A stretch of DNA of 63,360 bases, the filler included, from a bacterium (GTDB lineage: Bacteria; JAJRZV01): the NCBI GenBank assembly GCA_024275095.1. It is 4 parts of 4 records of this genome, joined end to end, with 100 filler letters (N's around TTAATTAATTAA, not from the genome) between each part and the next. Parts side by side here need not be neighbours in the genome. Positions count along the whole stretch, not along the records: positions 55,809 to 63,360 come from JAJRZV010000023.1; 3 more parts are not named here. One strand, given 5' to 3'. Under the pieces are notes generated by a model that was not told where the DNA came from, searched no databases, and worked only from the letters and a program-made list of their open reading frames with translations. Of the stretch, positions 58,422-63,360 are shown in pieces (within the stretch, counting starts at the first letter, position 1; the number at the start of each line of letters is the position of its first letter). The translations under genes were made by a program, and so were the position numbers.

Positions 58422-58447
58422 GGGTTCGAATCCCACCCTCTCCGGTA
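58422..58447 (+). repeat. 26-bp direct repeat of the tRNA-Ser 3' end
   Basis: GGGTTCGAATCCCACCCTCTCCGGTA is identical at 58185-58210 and 58422-58447. Confidence 0.9.
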
Positions 58448-58782
58448 GTTAAATTTATCAACGAAGTTTAAATCCGGTTGAAGTATTGTAATTATCCATG
58501 TGGTGGTGGGATTCGAACGCCGGGAGGGGGGTGAACGGAGCAAACGGATGTGTGTGGTGGTTGTTTATGAGGGGCATCGCCCAGGTGTGAGATAGAAGGC
58601 TTGTGAAGGGTGATATTGGAGCACGGGTGGCAGGTCACGCGCCTCGTTGTTTATGTTCCACTCCACTCGTCGAAGCAATCTAAGGGTTCACAGACACCCC
58701 ACACCATCCCCCCTCCCAGCGCAGAACACCAAATATCAAATTAGACCAGACCCTGGAGTTCGGTTTGGGGTAGGGCAATGCA

Positions 58783-58811
58783 TTGAAGCAGGACCTTCTC
58801 CTGTGTATCAT
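58783..58811 (+). promoter_or_regulatory. sigma70-like promoter of mutS (near-leaderless)
   Basis: TTGAAG-17 nt-TATCAT, then 8 nt to ATG 58820. Confidence 0.55.
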
Positions 58812-58819
58812 GGTGCATC

Positions 58820-61426
58820 ATGTTCGGGAGCAAGCCTTCAGGTAAAAAGAACATAAAGTCGATTTCTGAGCTCACGCCCATGATGCGCCAATACATGGAA
58901 ATCAAAAACCGGTACAGGGATTGTATTCTTTTCTTCCGCATGGGTGATTTTTACGAGATGTTTTTTGAAGATGCGGAAATTGCCTCGCGGGTACTCAATA
59001 TTGCTCTGACCACTCGTGATCGTACCAGTGAAAATCCTGCTCCCATGTGCGGTGTTCCCTTTCACAGTGCTGGTCCTTACATCCGCAAGCTCCTTGAGGC
59101 AGGTTATCGGGTGGCAGTGTGTGAACAACTGGAAGAGCCGGGCAAAGGAAAAAAAATTGTAACCCGTGATGTTGTGCGGGTGTACAGTCCTGGTGTGGAT
59201 TACGATTTCGAGGAAGAGGACAGATTTAACTATGTTTTTGCTGTCGTCCGTACAGACGAGTTGTTCGGCTATGCTTATGCAGACGTTTCCACGCGCCTTT
59301 TCCGGGCTGGGCAGGTGAAAGGAGTAAAAGATATCACGGACATGGTGGAGCGGTTGAACCCTGCTGAAATTATTATGCTGGGAGATCCTGAAAAGCCCCA
59401 TTCAACATGGAAGCAACTCCGACGACACTTGCTTGTAAGAGTTGCGGAACAGCTGAACTTTCCCGAAGACGCGGATTTTGCACTCAGGATGCTTATGGAA
59501 AAATTTAAAAATGATATCACATGGTTAAAGAACAAACCTGCGGCGGCCATTGCGGCAGCAGGCCTGTTGCATCACGTGATGCGGTTTGCACTGACGAGAG
59601 AAGTGCTGGACCCTCCTCAGGAGGACACATACGGGGGAGAGGGAGCCACTGTAGATGCGGCGACATTGAGAAACCTGGAAGTGTTTCAAACTCTTTCAGG
59701 AGATAAAAAAGGATCTGTATACAGCACTCTTTGCCTTGCGGTGACTTCAGGAGGTAAAAGAGTCATCAGAGATATGCTTTCGCGTCCGCTGAAAGAAAGG
59801 AAGAGAATACTACAGCGTCTTTCAGCCATAGAAGAGCTTTACAGGGAGCACCTGTTACGCTCGCGTCTAAGGGAATACCTTTCAGGTGTGCCAGATGCAG
59901 AGCGTATTATGGCCCGCATCAATGCAGGAACCGCGACTCCAGCTGATCTTGCACAGCTGAGGCGTTTCCTGCAGGCCGTGCCTTTGGTGAAATCCGAAAT
60001 CGAGAATTTGAACTCTCCTTTTCTTGTACATCTGCGCACGCAGGTTTCAGAACTCTCACACATACGGGAATTGCTGGAAAAGGCCATTGTAGAGACTCCG
60101 CCATCACACATGCGGGATGGCGGAGTTATCAACCCGGATTTTGATGAAGAATTAAAGGAATTGCATCGGTTAAGAGAGGCCGGGGGGCGCTGGATAGCAG
60201 AATTCGAGGCCCGGGAGAAAGAGCGCACGGGCATTCCCACGTTGAAAGTGGGTTACAATCGCGTGTTTGGATACTACATTGAAATTTCAAAAGGGCAGCT
60301 GTCTCGTGTTCCTCCCGAATACGAACGCCGCCAGACCCTTGTTTCCAGTGAAAGATTCATTACCCCGGAGTTAAAGGAATGGGAGGAGAAGATACTCACA
60401 AGCAGCGAGCGAATCGTTCAGCGTGAAAAAGAGATTTACGAGCGAATTCTCAGAGATATAAAAGATGTCAGCCAGGAAATATTCACGTGTGCGCGTGCGC
60501 TGTTCCAGCTGGATGCCATCGCAGGTCTTGCCGAGGTTGCTGACCGATATGGATATGTAAAGCCGGAAATTGTCGAGGAACCCGTAACCGAAATCGTGGG
60601 AGGGAGACACCCTGCAATGGAGAGACTTCATGGAAGTGATGCTTTCATACCGCTGGATGTCAGCGTCAGTGCCGACAATGAACAGATACTGATTATTACC
60701 GGGCCGAACATGGCGGGAAAGTCAACGGTGCTGCGCACTGCAGCACTTATTCAACTTATGGGTCAGGCAGGTTTTTTTGTTCCCGCGGAGAAAGCCGTTA
60801 TTGGGATTGCTGATCGAATAACCTCTCGCATTGGTGCGTCTGATGACATCACCCGTGGCAAGAGCACCTTTATGGTCGAGATGGAGGAGACAGCGGAAAT
60901 TCTCAGGAAGGCCACGCGCTCCAGCTTTATCATCCTCGACGAAATAGGCAGGGGCACGTCTACTTACGATGGTATCAGCATCGCCTGGGCAGTGGTTGAA
61001 TATATTCATGACACTGTAGGAGCACGAACACTGTGCGCAACCCATTACCACGAATTGACGGAGGTGGCTCGATTAAAACCACGCGTTGTTAACTACACCA
61101 TGGAAGTAAGGGAATATGGAGACGAACTGCTTTTTATGTATCGTCTCGTTCGGGGCAGAGCCAATCGCAGTTACGGAGTTCACGTGGCGCGCCTGGCGGC
61201 ATTGCCCCCGGACGTATTGCAAAGAGCAGAGGAAATCCTTCGTTCCATGGAGGAAGGTGTTGGAGTGGGCAAGATACTCAGAGAGGCGAGACAGTTAGAA
61301 CTGTTTTCCCCTACCTCCAACCAGGTGCTTCAGGAGCTGGTGAAAATTGATGTAGGCCAGATCACCCCTCTCGAAGCCATTAACCTTCTTTACAGACTTC
61401 AGGAGAAGGCCAAACAGGAGCAGTGA
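58820..61426 (+). CDS. mutS: DNA mismatch repair protein MutS
   Basis: Motifs TPMMRQY, FFRMGDFYE, TGPNMAGKST, STFMVEM, DEIGRGTST and SYGVHVA. Confidence 0.98.
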   Translation: MFGSKPSGKKNIKSISELTPMMRQYMEIKNRYRDCILFFRMGDFYEMFFEDAEIASRVLNIALTTRDRTSENPAPMCGVPFHSAGPYIRKLLEAGYRVAVCEQLEEPGKGKKIVTRDVVRVYSPGVDYDFEEEDRFNYVFAVVRTDELFGYAYADVSTRLFRAGQVKGVKDITDMVERLNPAEIIMLGDPEKPHSTWKQLRRHLLVRVAEQLNFPEDADFALRMLMEKFKNDITWLKNKPAAAIAAAGLLHHVMRFALTREVLDPPQEDTYGGEGATVDAATLRNLEVFQTLSGDKKGSVYSTLCLAVTSGGKRVIRDMLSRPLKERKRILQRLSAIEELYREHLLRSRLREYLSGVPDAERIMARINAGTATPADLAQLRRFLQAVPLVKSEIENLNSPFLVHLRTQVSELSHIRELLEKAIVETPPSHMRDGGVINPDFDEELKELHRLREAGGRWIAEFEAREKERTGIPTLKVGYNRVFGYYIEISKGQLSRVPPEYERRQTLVSSERFITPELKEWEEKILTSSERIVQREKEIYERILRDIKDVSQEIFTCARALFQLDAIAGLAEVADRYGYVKPEIVEEPVTEIVGGRHPAMERLHGSDAFIPLDVSVSADNEQILIITGPNMAGKSTVLRTAALIQLMGQAGFFVPAEKAVIGIADRITSRIGASDDITRGKSTFMVEMEETAEILRKATRSSFIILDEIGRGTSTYDGISIAWAVVEYIHDTVGARTLCATHYHELTEVARLKPRVVNYTMEVREYGDELLFMYRLVRGRANRSYGVHVARLAALPPDVLQRAEEILRSMEEGVGVGKILREARQLELFSPTSNQVLQELVKIDVGQITPLEAINLLYRLQEKAKQEQ

Positions 61427-62089
61427 GTGAAATATTTAAGGGACGGCCTGATTTTAACATTATTAATATATATCGTGCTCGTTGCATTCGCTCTGGTATC
61501 AATTCATTTTTCTTCACTTGTAAGTTTGCGTCCTGTGGTGACAGCTGTTTTGTTTTTGTACGTGCCGCTTTTATGGGCGCGTATGAGAAGGTATCCCGTG
61601 GAATTGTTTGGGTTTAATTTTTCTGATTTGCCCGGCCAATTGAAGGATTTTATGGTAGTTGTGCTCTGGGTTTTCCCGGTATTTGCAGGAGGATTTTTAT
61701 TCTATCATCGGGTGATACTGGGTTTTCACTACACTTGGGCTATTCCTCATCAGCCTCTTCAAAAAGTACTTTTTCATTTATTCGGAGCAGCCCTTCCAGA
61801 GGAACTTTACTTTCGAGGTTTCCTTCAGCAATTGTGTAATGAGGATCTGCGTCGTAGATGGCACTCCTTTGGTGCCTCGTGGGGCCCGGGAGTTTTTGTC
61901 TCGGCATTACTGTTTGCAATGGGACACCTTGTTTTTGATCCCCGCCCCGAGCGTCTCGCGGTGTTCGTTCCCGGCGTTTTATTCGGCGTTCTCCGTGAGC
62001 GCCACGACAGCATAGCGCTTCCCGTGCTTCTTCACTGGAGTGCCAACGTGATGGTAGATTGGTTGAGCGAGGGGATTCTTCTTTTCTGA
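61427..62089 (+). CDS. CPBP/CAAX glutamic intramembrane protease, myxosortase (Mrt)-like
   Basis: Motifs PEELYFRGFLQ, LFAMGH, RLAVFVPGVLFGVLRER and LHWSAN. Confidence 0.8.
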   Translation: MKYLRDGLILTLLIYIVLVAFALVSIHFSSLVSLRPVVTAVLFLYVPLLWARMRRYPVELFGFNFSDLPGQLKDFMVVVLWVFPVFAGGFLFYHRVILGFHYTWAIPHQPLQKVLFHLFGAALPEELYFRGFLQQLCNEDLRRRWHSFGASWGPGVFVSALLFAMGHLVFDPRPERLAVFVPGVLFGVLRERHDSIALPVLLHWSANVMVDWLSEGILLF

Positions 62090-62252
62090 ACAGAAGTAAC
62101 ACAAATTGACAATGTGTTAAAAATTCGTCACTCGGTTATGAAAAAAAAATCAAAAAGTAAAAGAATGCTTGACATGACATTTGGATGTTTGGCAAAATAA
62201 GGATGATGGCTGGGGAAGTATCTTAAATATTTGAGACTGAAGGAGGGGGAGC

Positions 62253-63360
62253 ATGAGAGTGTTCAAATATGGGCCAATTATAGCAGCGATTTTTTTGTGC
62301 AGTACGGCTGGGGCATCAGAGAGCCTGTGGGAGCCGCTGGTAAACTTTGAAGCTCCACAGAAACACGTTACTGTCGTGTTTGACACAGAACACGGGTGTG
62401 ATCCCACAAATTCTTACCGCGGTGCATGGTATCCTGCCACGCCCGGTCAGGATGCAAGCCAGGGTGGTCCCTGCTATGAAAATGAAAATTTCGCGGATGA
62501 GTACCTGATCATTCGTATTACCAAGCCCGGAATGGACTACATCGCTAACCTTGTCAGAAATATTATGACCGATGATTCTATCCTTGCTTTCGCAGATTCA
62601 CTGATGAAGCTCTTTACAGACCAGGATACCAGGCCCATCTCACCGGATCAGATTACCACCACACCCCAGGGGCATCCACTGGCACCCTGGAGATGTGCCA
62701 CATACCAGTCAAATATGACCATCAGCGCATGTGATGGCATGCAGATCTGTGTTGACGGCTCAGATGACGAAGAGATTTACGGGCCCTCCAACGGTGGTGC
62801 CGATGGATGGGGTGGTGACGGTATATATTTTCAGTATATCTGCGGGTTTGATCCATGGATGCCTCCTGGTGCCACTTCTGTAGCAGATGATATTGGAAAA
62901 GGAATATTTAGCACCTGCATGACAGTTCCTCTCGTGGGTCCTGTCTGCCTCAACATGGCAATAGCAGATGTAAACGATATTCCCGGAGTAAGTACCTGGC
63001 ATCCTGACACCGATGATTCGGCCTCCGCTACCCTCCCAACGATCAGCCGTGTAATTTACTGGAACCCTGACGACGTGAGCGTGCAACTTGAATCAGACAT
63101 TGGTACCAAATGTGAAGAATATAAAATTGACCGTGACGGTGATGGATTCGTGGATGCAACCATCGCATGCGATTACTGGCCCCACACTCATGACGACAGC
63201 CTGCAGTTTAAACTCCAGATAAACAATCCCATTATTGACGTGCTTCTTGACTGGCGTCCGAGAGCCACCTCGTTTGGGGGAACAGTCACCGATTACTGTA
63301 CTCCAGCAACGTCCGACCCGGACATTGATGACGAGTGCGGAACCGGAGAAATTCAAATTC
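62253..63360 (+). CDS. Secreted Cys/Asp-rich protein, paralog of 50657-53902 (3' end beyond window)
   Basis: Not in the ORF track. ATG after AGGAGG, open to the window end, with a signal peptide, LIIRITKPGMDYIAN, CMTVPLVGPVC and DRDGDG. Confidence 0.85.
   Translation, partial: MRVFKYGPIIAAIFLCSTAGASESLWEPLVNFEAPQKHVTVVFDTEHGCDPTNSYRGAWYPATPGQDASQGGPCYENENFADEYLIIRITKPGMDYIANLVRNIMTDDSILAFADSLMKLFTDQDTRPISPDQITTTPQGHPLAPWRCATYQSNMTISACDGMQICVDGSDDEEIYGPSNGGADGWGGDGIYFQYICGFDPWMPPGATSVADDIGKGIFSTCMTVPLVGPVCLNMAIADVNDIPGVSTWHPDTDDSASATLPTISRVIYWNPDDVSVQLESDIGTKCEEYKIDRDGDGFVDATIACDYWPHTHDDSLQFKLQINNPIIDVLLDWRPRATSFGGTVTDYCTPATSDPDIDDECGTGEIQI

Noticed and set aside
57875-58700. Possible CRISPR array or extra tRNA among the GTTCGAATCCC repeats
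   Set aside because: Repeats are few, in both orientations, irregularly spaced and tRNA-derived. There are no cas genes, and the 58422 copy lacks D and anticodon arms.

Overview
This window joins four unrelated contigs with artificial 100-nt N/TTAATTAATTAA spacers (24972-25071, 42543-42642, 55709-55808). They come from an LPS-producing diderm bacterium, most consistent with a deltaproteobacterial/Myxococcota-like lineage (inference from a myxosortase-like protease, a CTERM-type tail and GCSC lipoproteins). Content is mostly envelope and housekeeping: an MCP, two acyl-CoA dehydrogenases, a surface-polysaccharide modification cluster, lolD-bamA, lptF/G, rfbACB plus an LtaS-like gene, proS, a kdtA-lpxK-lpxL operon, nagZ, three tRNAs, mutS and two IS remnants. 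Main candidates for something undescribed: (1) two paralogous Cys/Asp-rich secreted proteins with a BPI/LBP/CETP-like N-terminal motif, one with a MYXO-CTERM-like tail and the other directly downstream of a myxosortase-like protease; (2) a coupled proS-cheW-like-cheW-like-ARPP-1-like operon ending in a Ser/Thr kinase-UvrD helicase fusion; (3) an ICMT-family (LmtA-like) methyltransferase ending the lipid A operon; (4) repeated near-leaderless sigma70 promoters; (5) antisense T-arm copies downstream of tRNA genes; (6) a motif-complementary, probably heteromeric ACAD pair. All family calls are by eye from motifs; no database searches were run.
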